From Vicugna vicugna (taxonomy: Eukaryota): a DNA stretch of 64,000 nt. Made by a program: the position numbers and the translations under genes. Position 1 is the stretch's first letter. Each line of letters begins with the position of its first letter. The notes beneath the pieces were generated by a model. The model was not told where the DNA came from. It was given only the letters and a program-made list of their open reading frames with translations, and did not search any database. Shown piece by piece: positions 10,991 to 25,400 of this stretch. The stretch lies in contig MU058796.1 in assembly GCA_013265495.1 (NCBI GenBank), positions 372,001 to 436,000 of the forward strand, read 5' to 3'.

Positions 10991-13900
10991 TAATAGCTTG
11001 ATAGAGTCCGTCAATCTATTTGCTCTTAGATACAAAACCATCAGCTCACTCAAAAAAAAAAAAAAATTTGCCCTGACCTGGAGCAGTGAGAAGGACCCAG
11101 GGTAAGGAAGGTCTTATTAACTGTTTAAATTGGAACATAATGTGAACTAACTAATCTCTTTTCTACTCCAGCCCTGCCCTGTGGGAAGCAGAGAAAAGTA
11201 GAAAATGAGGTAACTTGCTAAAGGTGATTGATAAATACTTACTGATAAATAAAGCAAGGAAACAGCAGAGAGACTAGCCTCATCTCATCAGAGGCCCTAG
11301 AAATACCAAGCTGAGACTCACTCAACTGCACACGCCAAGCAGATCTCAGCCAGGCTACAGTTTCTCAACAGGGGAACTCTTAGGGTGAAGTCACTTTAAG
11401 AAAAAAGTGTAGTCAATGTGCTTTTCTTCCACATAACTCTCTGACAAAATTCTTATTATTTCCACCTACTAAACAGGAGTTTATTAAATGCCTACTGAGC
11501 ACATAGCACTACTGGATGCATATCCACTTTAAGGTTTATTTGATTCAGGCCAAAGCACAGTGAGTTTCTGGCATCCTTGAATAGGACTTCTAGTCTATTT
11601 AGTAGCCATGTCTGAAGTGGCAACTTATTTCTGAGCTCTGAGTAGTGGCCATTAACAGAGTATAACTTAAAACCAGTTTTTTACTTTTTGTTATTTTTAT
11701 GAAGCGAAGTTAGCTTTGGCTTGGCAATGTTTCTGTTACAATGTCAATATCTTTTGACCTGAATAATTGCACTGAATAATCCTAACAATGTTGAGGCAAA
11801 CACATGGTTATTCAGCCACAGAGACGGAGTCTAGACATACTTAAGGACATGACTCCAAGGTTTTGAGCACCCATAGTGCTTACTGTCTGTACTATATAGA
11901 CTCGCTCTTGGAGCTCCAGCTGGCTTTCACATTCAGTATTTGAAAGTGGGCCTTCTCCTTCACATGCCTTCGCTAGATAAGATGGTCTAGAGGAGCAGCT
12001 GCTCTGAACAGAGGAAGGGGGCTTTTGAGAAGAGAAAGGCGTGCAGTATAGCAAAAGGGATGAAAGAGGTGAGATCTCAAAGAGAGCAGCAGAGAAGGAG
12101 GGTCAAAGCCTGCAAGCTGAGTGCGGAAAAGCAGAGTGATTGATAATGGAACAGAAATGGAGAAAGGCACGGTAGAAGAGAAAGTCAGAAAGACAGAAAG
12201 GCAGTCTTCATATGGAAAACCTGCGTACGGCAGAGTGCTTCGTTTTCAGTGCGCTGCGTGGCCTCATACCCCTTTTGCGTATTATTGGCTCGACGCTGAT
12301 CTCGGGTGAAGATGGGACAAGGGAATTCTAAGAAAAGTGACAGGTTATAAAATAAGGGTAAAATAAATTAGAGTGAAATGAAGTTGAAGAGTGAGGCCAA
12401 AACACACACACAAAATGGGCAAAAAAGGAACCAATGATAAAGAAAGGTATATTATAAGGAAAAGAAAAGCCCACGAAAAATAATCTTATGATTTCCTTTG
12501 AATTTAGACTCACCTTTAGAAAACAGACATTTGGGGCAGGGTATGTTAGCATTCTGAGTGCTGACCACTGGGACACAGTTCAGGGAGATGGAGTTTTTAT
12601 ATTTCAGGATCCATAGATCAACTTTAACATAGTAATGATCATACTCAAACATAATAATTAGATACATTGAATTAAATGTCATCAGTACTGCCTTTACTTC
12701 TTATCCGACTTGGGATCTTTTGCACTTAAAATTTAAAGGTTCACGTGAATTTTACACAAGCCTCTGCTTTTTCTTTAAAAGCTGATACACTAATAGTCCT
12801 GGACTGAATTCCCCTTAGAACCTGTGTTTTTCTAAGTAAGGAAATCAGCTGAAGACAACTTTTAAATTTTTCTAACCAAGAGGACTGCAATATTCAATCA
12901 AGTTAATGTTATCAGTGTGGTGATCATTTGAATATCTTTGATGTCAGAGCCATGCCTCAGAATTTCAAAATTCACTTCACTTTGAAATCAAAGTATACAT
13001 GCTTTTTTCCTACTGTAATATAAAATATATATATATTAAAATTTTATCAAAAAATTGAACACACAAAAGGAAAGTGCAAACTTTGCCAAGGATTTTGATA
13101 AAAATTTAATTTGTTTTCAGATATCTCATTATCTATGAAATATATAAAACATAAGCTAACTGTGAAAGTGGTACGTATCTTATTATTTGTATGACAGAAG
13201 ACTGAAGTTTTACTGCCATGGGTTTATATTAGCACGTGCATTTTTAAAAGACAGACATATGTATTATAATATAATGGAAAAAAAAAAAAAAACTGGGCCA
13301 GGATTTGGGAAGCCTGTGTTTCAGCCTCAGTCCTGCCTTTGCCTGCTAGCTGTACGACTTTTAATTTTTTTTCCTCTTTGATATTGGAAATATGTTCCCT
13401 ACGTAGTTCGTTGAGCATGAAAAAGGTAATTGCAAACCAAATCTGTAAAAACATATAAACCATAATTCGTTATTTACATGCAGTTTCCTTAGGAGTCCTA
13501 AACAGCTTCACTCATTAAGGGTGTGTCATCCGATACACGGCTCTCTCTCTTTCCTTCATATTGGCAAAGCTTTGCACTTTCCTCTACTAGTGGAAAAAGC
13601 AGGAGAGGGAAAGGCGAGATGAAAACATTTTACTTTTCAAATCCATCCTTTTATTATCATACTGTAAACTACCCTGGTTGAAGATTTCTAGAGCGAAGGC
13701 ATTGAGTTCCACCCTTAAAGTCAAGTGTTTGATACCTTGCCTGACTTTGGAAGGCATCCTGTAAATAGTTAAGAATGGAAGTAAAGAATGCAACAAAAAA
13801 ATGACATTTCATAAATGAATAAATGAACACTCCAGAAAGAGATATTTTATTGTTAGGATCATTATTGTATTCAAGGCCCTAGCATAGCAGGGAATCGGGG

Positions 13901-15419
13901 ATATTTATGGTATGAATGAATGAAAAAATGAATGAATGTCTTCATCTTTGGGAAAGAAAAATTTTTATTCTTCTTGCACTGAACTATTTGCCATGCAGTC
14001 ACTCTTACCATGAATTTTTCTCTGTCCTCAAGTGTTTTCCCAGGGTTTCTGAAAAATGATTTGTTGTCATTTTGTCAAATGTATAAGAGGACCTACAGTC
14101 ATCTCTTAAATTGTTTGGCCAGTTTAGTAGTAACTTATCTCTTCTGCTTCATCTAGAAGGGAGATTTCCAGAAGTATCTTAAAGAAAAGAGGAACAGGGC
14201 TTAGAGAACTTAAAAAAAAGAGTGGGGGAACTGTCCTTGCAAAAGAGTGATGTAAGAGGTATGAAAGTTAAGAGACCAAGCTGAACAAATGAGTTTGGGG
14301 AGAAAGCTAGCCTTTTGCAGAGTAAAAGGAAACAGAAAGACTGAAGTACTTAAGGCCAGCCTAATGAAGGGTTTTGAAATTAAGGGTCCTTAGAGGAAAC
14401 CTGGAATTAGAACAAGTTAAAGAAGTAAAGAATGTAGAGAATGAATGGAGAGGGCTTGTTTGCTTAGAGTTGGTGCCTTAATAGAAAAACGGCAGGCCAG
14501 CAGCAATGGCTGCAGCTGATAAATTGGCATGTGTAAGAATGGGGGCAGGAAAGCGCCGTGCTAATGACAGTGAGAGATTTTTTTTTTTAAAGAGCACATG
14601 AACTAATCCAAAAGAGTTACTTAAAATTACAGTTTGCTTTTTCGCTCTCTCTCTTTCTCAGAATTGTTTAAAGAGAAGAGGGAAAGGGAAAAGAAAGGGG
14701 TAATTTATAGGATGTACCTTAGGAACTATTATTAGAAGAATGAAAAAGAGAACTACTGGCAAGTGTAAGTGCATTAGAAATGCAGTAATTAAAAGGTTCC
14801 GTAAGAGAAAGAAAAAAAAATCAGAGGTAACAGTCTTCTATTAACCTACTGTGACTCAGAGTGCACATTGCACTTTTTTCTAGGATAGAGCTCCTTGTCA
14901 CCATGTGTAATATCCACATGCAGTTTTTGTTGTTGTAGCCATATATATGTAGTAGTGAGTAGATCTTAATTTATTTTTGTATGTTTCTCTAGTTCAGCAC
15001 CTTTAGTTTTAGGGCACAATTTCTCTGTGCTTTGAAAGGCACCCACCGCAGCTACTCTGTTTTAGCAGCGGATAACTGTTTTGGTAACACAGCAGTTACC
15101 AATAAGTGATAAAAAGACACGATGAAATGCATTACAACATTGAAGGAAAGGAAAGGACATGGATAGATGTAACCAGTGATGAAGTGTATTTATTCTGGGA
15201 AAATTGTAAATGTTAGCAAGTGGAAAGTTAAAGATATATCTAGGAAATAAAGTGGGGATAAGATAAATGGCAAGGAGTATGATGAATCAGTTCTTAAGGA
15301 AATTAACCTAAATTCCCGATCGACGTTTAAGCATTCTATGAACACGTGAAAGCACTTGTGTTTCTAAATGTTAAATTAAGATATGCTCAAAATGTCATGA
15401 GAAATCATTATCCTGTAAA

Positions 15420-15630
15420 ATACTTGGTATATTTGGCAATGTCCTAAACACTCCTCACATTGTCTCATTTAAAATACTTGTAAATTATATAAAGTAGGAT
15501 CTAATATAATCCTCATTTTATAAATACGAAACTGATGACTAGCGTTGTGAAGCAGCTTGCCCAAAGTCACACAGGTAGGTAAGTGGCAGAAATTTCAAGT
15601 ATAGGTCTGGTTTCAAACACAGGTTGACTC
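15420..15630 (-). mobile_element. MIR SINE
   Basis: CCTCATTTTATAAATACGAAACTGA...CTTGCCCAAAGTCACACAG...AAGTGGCAGA. Confidence 0.75.
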
Positions 15631-16596
15631 CTGAGGCAGGCACTGGTAACCACTACACCTTCTGTGTCCAAGAGAACCATAAATATATTACTCTTGTAGG
15701 TGAAATGTTTACAAAGAAACCAACAATAGGATTGAAGAAATTTGTTGGAAAGGCAGCACATGTTTTGGGCAAAGAAAGATCTTAGTGTTCTCGACTCCAG
15801 GGCTAAAGATGGTCTTTCCTGGCCTTATACCGTAGTGAAGAAAAACCAAAGATAATGCCTCAAAGTGCCTAATTTACTGCAAGGCAGTGTCTGAGACATC
15901 GTTGAAAATAGAGCAGAAGGGCAAAATAGAACAATCATGTCCCTCTTGAGGTTTCTCTTTCTTCTCTGTATACCCTCCCCTGGTTCCAGCTCAAACTGAA
16001 TCACATGACATTACGTTTGAAGATTATCTGTGTGCTAGTTAAGAGATGTTAATGTTTCATACATTTTAAAAATGTTATCCCTAATAACCCTTGCACCTCA
16101 TTTGTTCCAAGAACAGCACAGAAATTAATTTGAGAACAAACTAAAGTACTCCAGCACCTTAATCATCAAGCATTGGGTTGATAACAGAAAAAGCCAGGGA
16201 TGGGTGACTGCAACTCACCCTGTCAGTTCAAACGGGAAGCACCTCAGAAGATGATAAGTATGAAAGCCTTTTGTCTTGATAACTAGATGCACATTCCCTT
16301 TGGGTTATGAAAGGCTCATTGTGAAGCTAGGAAGAGAAGACTTCATAATAATAAGAACAAAAACTTTTTTAACAATATAAAATTTACAAAGTGCATGAGC
16401 AGATAGATACAATCTCTCTTGATGTATCTCTCTGAGAAGCAGGTACCTGTGTATCCTGGGGAAAGTTACTTATTCTTTCTCAAGCCTCAGATGCCTCAAT
16501 TGTTAAGATGGAAAAAAGAGTGATTCTCCTTAAGCAAATTGCTTAACCTCTGTTCCCCTGTTTCTTCATTTGTAAGTTGAGAGAAACAAATAGTAT

Positions 16597-16673
16597 TAGG
16601 TTGAAATATAATTTTGCTGATATTCAAATGTATTTCATATATAGAAATGGCAATTTCATTTGGTTCAGTCTAC
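16597..16673. mobile_element. MADE2-like mariner MITE inserted among MIR fragments
   Basis: ~80-bp element with inverted ends TTAGGTTGAA... and ...GGCAATTTCATTTGGTTCAGTCTA. Confidence 0.6.
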
Positions 16674-18189
16674 TAGTTACAGCCTGTTGGGAAGAGTAAA
16701 TGGATGGATACAATTAGAATAAGAGTACAGCTGTTAGTGCACACTCGCTGTCACTGTGTGAATATGGTCGCAGTTTACCTTCATAATAGCCCTGTGAAAG
16801 ATAATAGGATTCCACTTTGGAATACAAGTTTATGTGAAAATACATAAATAGTATTGATGGATTTATAAGGGGGAAAATGTAGCTTTACAGCGAAGACCCC
16901 TGCAGTACAACCCCTCTGTCCTGTGGTTTCTAGGCTGCTCAGTGTTGATATATTGTATCAACCTGCTTACAAGGTCTCTGAGCTGCTTCTCCCTCCCATT
17001 CAAATTTGCCATCCACAGTTTTGCACATGAGGTTTTGATAAATCCTCCTGTGACTTTGTTTACCTTATAAAATGGCTTGAGGCCAAAAGAATGAGTATTC
17101 CCATGCTCACCAATTCAGAAGGGTAGAAAAGCGTGTCGGTGTATCAGAGGAAGTTTTTCAATGGCTGCAGTACTGCATGGTTAAAAAAAAAAATAAAGTA
17201 AAATGCAGTTTATTATGTAACATTATAATGTGCAGGGATAAATAAAATGAAAGTTCAGAGTTATTTGTATATTCTGATTATTTTGTGGAAAGCTTTTTGC
17301 TTTGGTTTTGATTTCTAAAATACCAATTGCACTCCTTGCCTGTGGATGCTGTGCCTTTGCAAGTATATGTGTATGATACTAAAATTGGTATACTTAAATT
17401 GGTGTATGTTAAAAAGAAATATTTATTAAAATTGAAAGTGTAGTGTGTTAAATATTATAAAGGCAAAATGAGTAAAAGAAACAAATATTTTTAAAACTGT
17501 TTGATCTATATTTTATAAAATGCCTTGAGAATGAACTAGAAAAATCATAAGCATATTTTGTATTCTCTATTGTGAATGAATGTACTATATAAAAGTCAAA
17601 ATATTATTGTAGTTAATAAATCTCATTGTTGAATTCTTTTTCCAATAATTCAAATAGTATAATAGTTATTTTGGCTACTCTTCAAGAATAAGCAAATGAA
17701 TTCAAACTTATAATTTAAATAGTACTTATTTGAGAAATAATGTAGAATGTCCCAGGATTTTTTTTCCACATAATGTTTTTGAACATAAGTGAAATCCAAA
17801 TGATTAAGCTGAGTCATCTTTTGTGAACACTACCAAAATAAACAAATAAATAAAGATCAAAAGAAAAACATACTGTAGTTCTTTCTCCCACCCTTTCTTT
17901 TTCTCTCAAATGTTGTCATTTGAGAGGATTATTGTAATTTTTGAAAGAATTGAAAGGAACAGAACAGTAATCTTAGTGAAAAGAAAATTTAATAATTGAG
18001 TATTCAATATATTCTCTTATTTGACTGAAAAATAATTTTTCTTTCCGTAGCATACATGTGTGTGATGAGAGGGAAAGTGTGTATGTGGCAATATATAACA
18101 TCAGTAGACTTATTGTTGGGGTTTTTTTATTTGTTTTATTTCTAGGATCTTGTTTATAAATGGTGACTGTAGACACAAGCTAGCATCTT

Positions 18190-18310
18190 TATTTTACCAA
18201 AGAGAAAACTGGAGATGAGAAAGTAGGAGCGATTTGCCCAGAGTTACACAACAAGAACTAGGGGGCGTTCAGCCGAGGACTTAGACCTCCTTGGTCCTGA
18301 TCCTCTTTCG
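18190..18310 (-). mobile_element. MIR fragment
   Basis: ATTTTACCAAAGAGAAAACTGGAG...GATTTGCCCAGAGTTACACA. Confidence 0.55.
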
Positions 18311-19769
18311 TTTACGTATGGATACTCCCTACTAACTTCTGTTTACTAATCTCTCTTAGAATTCAGCCACTTTCATATTCTTACTCTTCCTTCCTCTTAA
18401 CTGGTAATTTAAATTTATAATGGAATCATAAGAGTAGACATATACCTATTGAGCTAAGAAATAAAATATCAATTTTTGCTTGAGGATAATAGAAGACTTT
18501 TGGACCATGTTTGCAATCTAAATTATTAAAACAGAGCCACTATTTGTGGGAGTTAGTGAAACATATTTATCTGGAAAGTGGCTAATGAACAATAGGAAGA
18601 TTCATAGCTTTTGTCTATCTCATTCACTTTCCAGTCTTTACAGAATGATTTAGATGCAGCTAATAGTTCACTATAAATTTGGCCCAAACATAAAGAAAAT
18701 CAGCAACCAAATATGATAATATTTTTCTGATTCTGAGAAAGGTAATCTCACTAGATAAAATGACAAACTGATGACAAAAAAATCTAAGCATCTGCCTACA
18801 ACAGCTCACCTACCATCACCTCACTCACCCATACTCATCTTTCATTTTCTCATATTTCTTTTTCTTCTTAGCACTTATATTAATCTGGAGTACCTGTTTA
18901 TTCTCTTTTTTCCCCCTCACTAGATAGTAAGTGCCATAAGAACAGAGTTTGATAGATTTTTATTTTCGTAAAGTGTGCCCGCCATAATACCCTTTGAGTG
19001 AATAAATAAATTAGAAATTGGCTGTTTGGGGACTATAATTTCATGATTAACTGAATAAAACTACATTTGTTAAAAAGATTTCTAAGATGCCTGTAGTGAA
19101 CATGGCAACATTTCAATCATGATTGAATTTCATATTCTCTTTTAGGGTCATAATTCTGAATATCATTTCTTATTATATAGTATAATAAATACATAAGTGA
19201 TCGGAGTTACTGTAAAATCCATACTGACTTCATGACTGACCCTGTTTTGAATAAATCTTCAATTTGGGTGTGATTTCTTATGATTGGCCTATTTCCCTGA
19301 AAAGCAAGTAAAATATATTGATTAATTGAGAACTACTGTTAATTGGGTTTTTACTAAAATTTATTATACTGGCACAGAGTAGGCACTCAATAAATATTTG
19401 TCAAATATGTGAAGTCTAGTTAGTTAAAGCAGACTTATTACTTTTGTTTTTAGTTACTCAAATAAAAACATTTTTCAATTAAATATGTAATATGCAATAA
19501 TATTAGACTCCACAAAGCAGACAAGTAAACAATTTAGAAGTATTTCAAATTCTCATTCTCTTCTTCTTCATCTTCCTTTCCCCTTCCTTTTTATTCTCCT
19601 TTCTTCCCTTTCTTTCCTGAACAATTTAGTCCTAAATCCATTAGTGGGGACAAGTGAGGTCAGCACGCACAGGAAGTGTGAGGGGGACAGCCCCAGCAGC
19701 CTAAAGAGCAGTGTTGGGGCCCAAGGAGAGTGAGGTTGGTGTGTGTGTGGGGGCAGGTGTTTAGCAAAA

Positions 19770-20600
19770 ATAGGACAATGGTTACACACAGGGAGAATGA
19801 TCAAATACGTAAATATATTAAGGATAACTGGGAGATGGGGTTTCATTGTCGGAGAAAGCAGTTACAGCTGTGGAAAGAAAGAAACTGCATTGGGTCCTGT
19901 GGGCATTGGTTTGGAAATGGAGGTACATCAGTGTGAACTCCTGGTGTCTCACAGAGGCAGAGGTAAACAGAGATGTTAATATAGGTACATATGTAGAGAA
20001 AGATATAGAAATACATGAATTTTCCCATAGGCGTATTTCCTCAGTTCCAGATCCGGAGAACAAGGATACGCCCAAAACAGTGGGCACACCTTCCTCCCAA
20101 ATCTCAGCTTCTGAATACCATTCTCAACTGAAAAAAAAACTACTAAGACTCCTTGGGGAAATAGCTGATTCCTCAGGTGGGGCATGAAGAACACAACACG
20201 AGCCTGGAGTATCTCACCATGCCAAAAGTACAGACGTATTCCTACACTGCCACGGACATGTCAAAAAAAAAGTCAGCTAAAGGGAATCACACTGAGACTA
20301 TTTGAAGATCAAAATGAATCATAGTAACAGCAGGTTACATCCTACTGGATACAATGGGTATCCATGAGTCCATATTGATATAAATAAACACATAAGTTGA
20401 AAGTTAATGTATTTCCCCACAACACAGTTATAAAAAAGGGAAAAAGAACAATTTTACAATGATCACTGCATGGTTAAAAAGAAATGAAGTAAAATGCAAT
20501 TTATTATGTAATATTATAATGTGCAGGGATAAATAAAATGAAATCAGTACTAACATAACAAGTAATGTGCCAGCTGCTAAGATGCTATGGGAATACTGGG
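19770..20600 (+). mobile_element. Old L1 3' region (L1MC/L1MD-like), interrupted at ~20465-20543
   Basis: GGATAACTGGGAG...TTTCATTGTCGGAGAAAG...GGAGGTACATCAGTGTGAACTC...CTCCTTGGGGAAATAGCTGATTCC...ATCCATGAGTCCATATTGATATAAATAAA. Confidence 0.7.
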
Positions 20601-21289
20601 ATATTTTTCTTTAAAACAATGTATGAAAACGCATAATTTCAGAAACTATGACATTGTAATATCGAATCTGACAATTTAGAATGTAAGTGTTGAAAATTTA
20701 GATTAGAATATTACCTTCCGGTAGTGGAATAAATTGGAATATTTTACTTGTGTTTGATCATTAGTTGGTCAATCAAGTAATAATTGTTGCCGTATCTGGC
20801 ACACTTAAACTGTCTGGAAGATTGTTATTATGACTCCTGTTACTAGCAAGGGATCACAGGAGCTGACAGTCTTTCCCTAAAGGTAAAAAAAGTTTAAAGG
20901 AGACTACCTTTTGAATATGCCTTTCCCCGTTTGGGGGATACTCCTTCTCCTTTTGTGGAGTTGAGCTGTGGTGTGAGGGGGTTGGAGTAGGACTGGAGAG
21001 GTGAGAAGTCTGGGCCCAGGTTATCTGAGATTTGCTGGCCTTTCATCGAAAAGATTTTGCCCCGGGGTCTTGTGGCTGCCAGCCTCAGGGAGCTCCTTGT
21101 CGTCAGGCGTGGTGGTGTGCTGACAGAAGCCAGAAAGTGACATTAACTCTTCTGGAACTTCATGTACTCTTTCTTACTTTGTGAGAATATTAACTTTTCC
21201 CAAATATTATGATTTGAAGACACTTAAGGTATTCATATAAGAAAACACTCAGAATTCCATGTGACTAAGGACATGTTAGGCTAAAATCA

Positions 21290-21520
21290 GTAACACACTA
21301 CAGTGGGTTCAAAATTCAGTTCTCCTGCTCTATAGCAATGGAGACTTAGACAAATTGTTTAACCCCTTTATGATTTATTTTCTTCATGTGTAAAATGAGG
21401 GTAATAATAACACCCAAATCGTAGGATTGTTACAAGCTTTAAATGAGACAACACCTGTAAACTTCTTAAAGTAGTACCCGGGACATAGGAGACACTAATT
21501 CCTAGCCATTATTATAATTA
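21290..21520 (+). mobile_element. MIR SINE
   Basis: GGGTTCAAAA...GACTTAGACAAATTGTTTAACC...TGTAAAATGAGGGTAATAATA...TAGGATTGTT. Confidence 0.75.
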
Positions 21521-22334
21521 TTGGAGATCAAGGAACAAGACAAAGATGTCATACAAAAATAGAAGCTGCATTAAGAAATCCGTGATTTCTTAGAGAACAT
21601 TTTCATTGCTCACTCTCTGAATAAATGTATTGATTGTTACGTGCCTGGCACCATACAGGGCACACGAGGACACTTTTTTAAATCTGTAAAAATGGGTATG
21701 ATAATGGCAGTATTCCTCAGAGCATGGTTATAAGGATTTAACTGTAACGCTTGGTAATGTGCCTGGCGCTATTAATAAGCACTCAGAAAACACTAGTTGT
21801 AGCACTGTTGCTAAGTATCCTCATTATCATTATGTTATAATAATATCAGAGTTTGAGAGATACATGTGAGGGCATAATTACAATCTTACAGTGTGAGAAC
21901 AGAAGAGCTGATAGTTCAAGTCTTTTTAAGAATGAATACAGTTTTCCCAGATGGAGAGGAGAGGAAGAGCATTTATGGATCCCCATGTGTTTTACCTAAA
22001 TTTGACTTGTTTTCAAAAAGTCAGTGGGGCCCACAGTTATTCCACCACTGAGAAAGTGCTTTTGGATTGACCGTGACCACAAACTAATCTATCGACATGT
22101 ATTTATTTGAGCACCAAATCTGTGAAATATGCAGATAAAGTGTAAGACAGCCCCCCAGCTGGTTTTCCTGTGGCCACATTCTCTCTTCGTTAGCATGCTT
22201 CTCATGAGTTGGACGTACTAATCTTCCCAAATGCAGTCTTCATCATGCCGTAACATATAGTAGTTCTCGAATGCCTGCTGTATCAAGGGCAAATGACCCT
22301 GTCCCATTTTAAGGATCCTCTGCAGTCTTGCAGT

Positions 22335-22475
22335 TCAGGGTCTAGCACCAGCACCAACATCCCCTGGGAACTTGTCAGAAATAGATAATCCCATACCTCA
22401 ATCCAGACCCACTAAATTAAAGTCTACAGTTTAACAAGGTCCCCAGGTATGCAAATTAAAACCTGAGAAACACTT
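22335..22475. mobile_element. MER5A/B-like hAT MITE
   Basis: CATCCCCTGGGAACTTGTCAGAAAT...CCAGACCCACTAAAT...TTTAACAAGGTCCCCAGGT...TGAGAAACACT. Confidence 0.7.
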
Positions 22476-25400
22476 TTGTATAATATCTATTAATCCAAAC
22501 AACAACAAAAAAATCACTAACCCATAACACAGCCCACAATCCCATCAAGAGTTAAGTCCTTTCACTAATATCTCGGCATCCAAAGCAACTCCTTGGCTCA
22601 TGTTCTTAACTCCACTAGAAATAACTTATTTCCTTGCCACCTACTATTTAAATCCCATTTATTCTTGAAGGCCCAGTGAAAACATCCTACATCTTCCATC
22701 AAATTAAGACCATTTCATGCTACACTAACCTTGCTAAATACGTCTTGCTTTTAGGTCAACACCATTTTATTCCCCTTACTTATTAGTCACTTGTTATTCA
22801 TTGACTAATCATTTTCTGAATCCTTCTAGTTGTTGACCAGGCACTGTTGCACTGGCCACACTGGCCACACTGGCAAACAAAAGCTCAGACTTTCCCTGCC
22901 CCCATTAAGCTCATGATCAAAATACTGACGGTTCAGCAGAGGTACCTTAAACTCCACAGGCAAGAAATGCAAGCGGGTTGACGTAGGGGTGCAGGACGAC
23001 GTTGGGTAAAGCCACATGATTTGTGCTTTTTCTTGGGTAAAGCTACTTCAATGAAGGAAGTTATGTTGTTGATATATATTAAAACCTTTTGTGGCGTGAA
23101 ATAGATTAACATCTTAACTGACAGAGACAAGACAGAGATACCGTGCTTTAATTGTCTCATGTTACATTCACAATCCTACAGATGATTTGAGTTTTTTTTT
23201 TTTTAATATGCCAGCAGTGTGTCTTTCTTCATTCATTTAACAAGTCTCAGAATTTTAAAATAGCTCCTATTTGTCCTTCTGTGAGTCCTTAAGTTTTAGA
23301 CATGGTAGGCACTAAAGAAATACTTGTTGATTGAAGACAGTCTTTGATCTCAAGTTGAGCACTAGGTTTACACATATGGAGCAACCATCGCACAAATGCA
23401 GCCCTTTCCCCCTACTGCTACTCATGACACAAGGAAACGCTGATGAATTTGCAATGACACTTTGGTTTACTACTAGTGTCTTTTGGATCAAAAAGTTCCT
23501 CCAGGGTGCCATGGAAATTTCTGTTTCTCTGTAACTAATGTTTGTGTTCACCAGAGACTTGTTGGAGCACAGCCAACCAAATGGGATTGGCTAGTAAAAG
23601 CTTTTGTGAGTGAGCATTTTGGAAACAAGTTTCAAGACCATTTGCCAGCAAAACCTCAGCAGGTGGAATTTTAAACAGCATACTGTAAAGATTTGACTTG
23701 CAGAGGCCCGGAGGGGCAGGGGAGATAAAATACTTAATGAAGTATGTGACATTGCATATTCTTTGAGAGTAAAAATAAAAGTTAGCATTTCTTAATGTTG
23801 TAAAACCACTTATCAGCTCTTTAGATAGAAACAGATGCTTCTGGTAGATAGCCATTCTTCGAAAGATCTCCCGCTCCCAACAACAGCACATTAAGGTTGG
23901 ATACTATGCAAGATAACTGTGAGGCCCTTGGGTCCTTCCGTGTGATTTGAGAGTAAGATCACACGAGGAAACTTCAAAGCCAAATGAAGTTAAAAAAGGC
24001 TATTGCCGCTAACATAAGCTAGAGCTTTACAGGATCTAATGTTGCACAAAAAGTACACATTACTTTAATTCAAGAATCATCAATTTCATTATATTTATAA
24101 CCTTCAAATTGGTTACAACTTAATCTTGCAGAAGATGAGCATTCCCACAATATGTGCAATTTTCTCGTTAACTTTTACTTTCTCTGGGTACAGAAGAAAA
24201 GCTGGACACTTAATTGAGCAATTATTACTTCTTCAGTGAATCCAAAGTTTGAGGATAGTGCCAAAATCTTCCTTTCGTCCAGGTAACAAGTCTAACATAG
24301 ACAGTGGTATAAGCGTTGTCTGGCAACACCCCAGCTTCAGATGGAAAAGACAAGTCAAGGCCAAAAGGGGAACTCATGCTTCGCCTCCAGTCATTCCCTG
24401 GCATCTCCTGAGGTTCTTGAAGGAATGCCATTTAGGACCAATTTACATGTCTCCTTGGAGGTTTTAGATGACTCTTCCTAGAAACTGTTTGTTTTTCTCA
24501 TTTAGACCATTTCTCCAGAGTAGGCTTTACAAACTTGCTGCTGAATACGCTGTTTGCAGATCGTTACGAAGTTTCCACACCAACATAAAGCACTGGTACT
24601 TGAAAAATTCATTAAGAAGTGATTCATCTGAACTCCCAGATCTAAATTTGTGGAGTGGTTCTACCACATTTTTACAACATTGTCCCAGAATTCAAGCAAC
24701 AGAAAATAGGGTTCATATGCAAACAGTTCATGGAATATGCTTAGACAAGGAACTTGCTGCTTCATAGCTCGTGCCATTGTTTAAGTAATTCTAATGGTTT
24801 TCAGTGTTTTTTTTTTTTCTATATACAGCTGGAATCTACTTTTCTGGAACGTCTATCATTTGTCTTAGTTTTCTAAGACACTCACTGACTCCTTTATATA
24901 AGGCCTTCAAATATTTCAAGATAGGGTCCATGCTTCCCCTCCTGTATAAGTTTCTCTTCTTAATTAAACATCTCCTATTCCTTCAGCTGTTCCTAAGGTT
25001 ATATGGCTTCTAGACTTCATCATTAATGACAAGTTAATTTTTCAATAACCACATTTGGAACATAAGCTGCTAATAATCAGCTCAATTGGAGTTCAAAATA
25101 TATGACCTATATTTTAAGTAATATTTTTGATGTTTGGTTAAGTTTTGATTGAATGCTATGTTTAGTAGTCTGTAATACATAAGATGCAATCTAAAAATTT
25201 CTATTAAAATGTTGGACTTGCAGACTCAGCTACAGAAAAGCCTCTTTTTGGTTGCCTCAGTTAATGAAAATTTTACTAGACACTGCTAAGTAGTGACTGA
25301 AAACTCATGCTGAAATACTACTGTCAGCTACTGGTGTAGAATTTCTCGCCAGAGAACTACCACAACTTCAAGATAAAATGCTTACTATCTAAATACAAAT

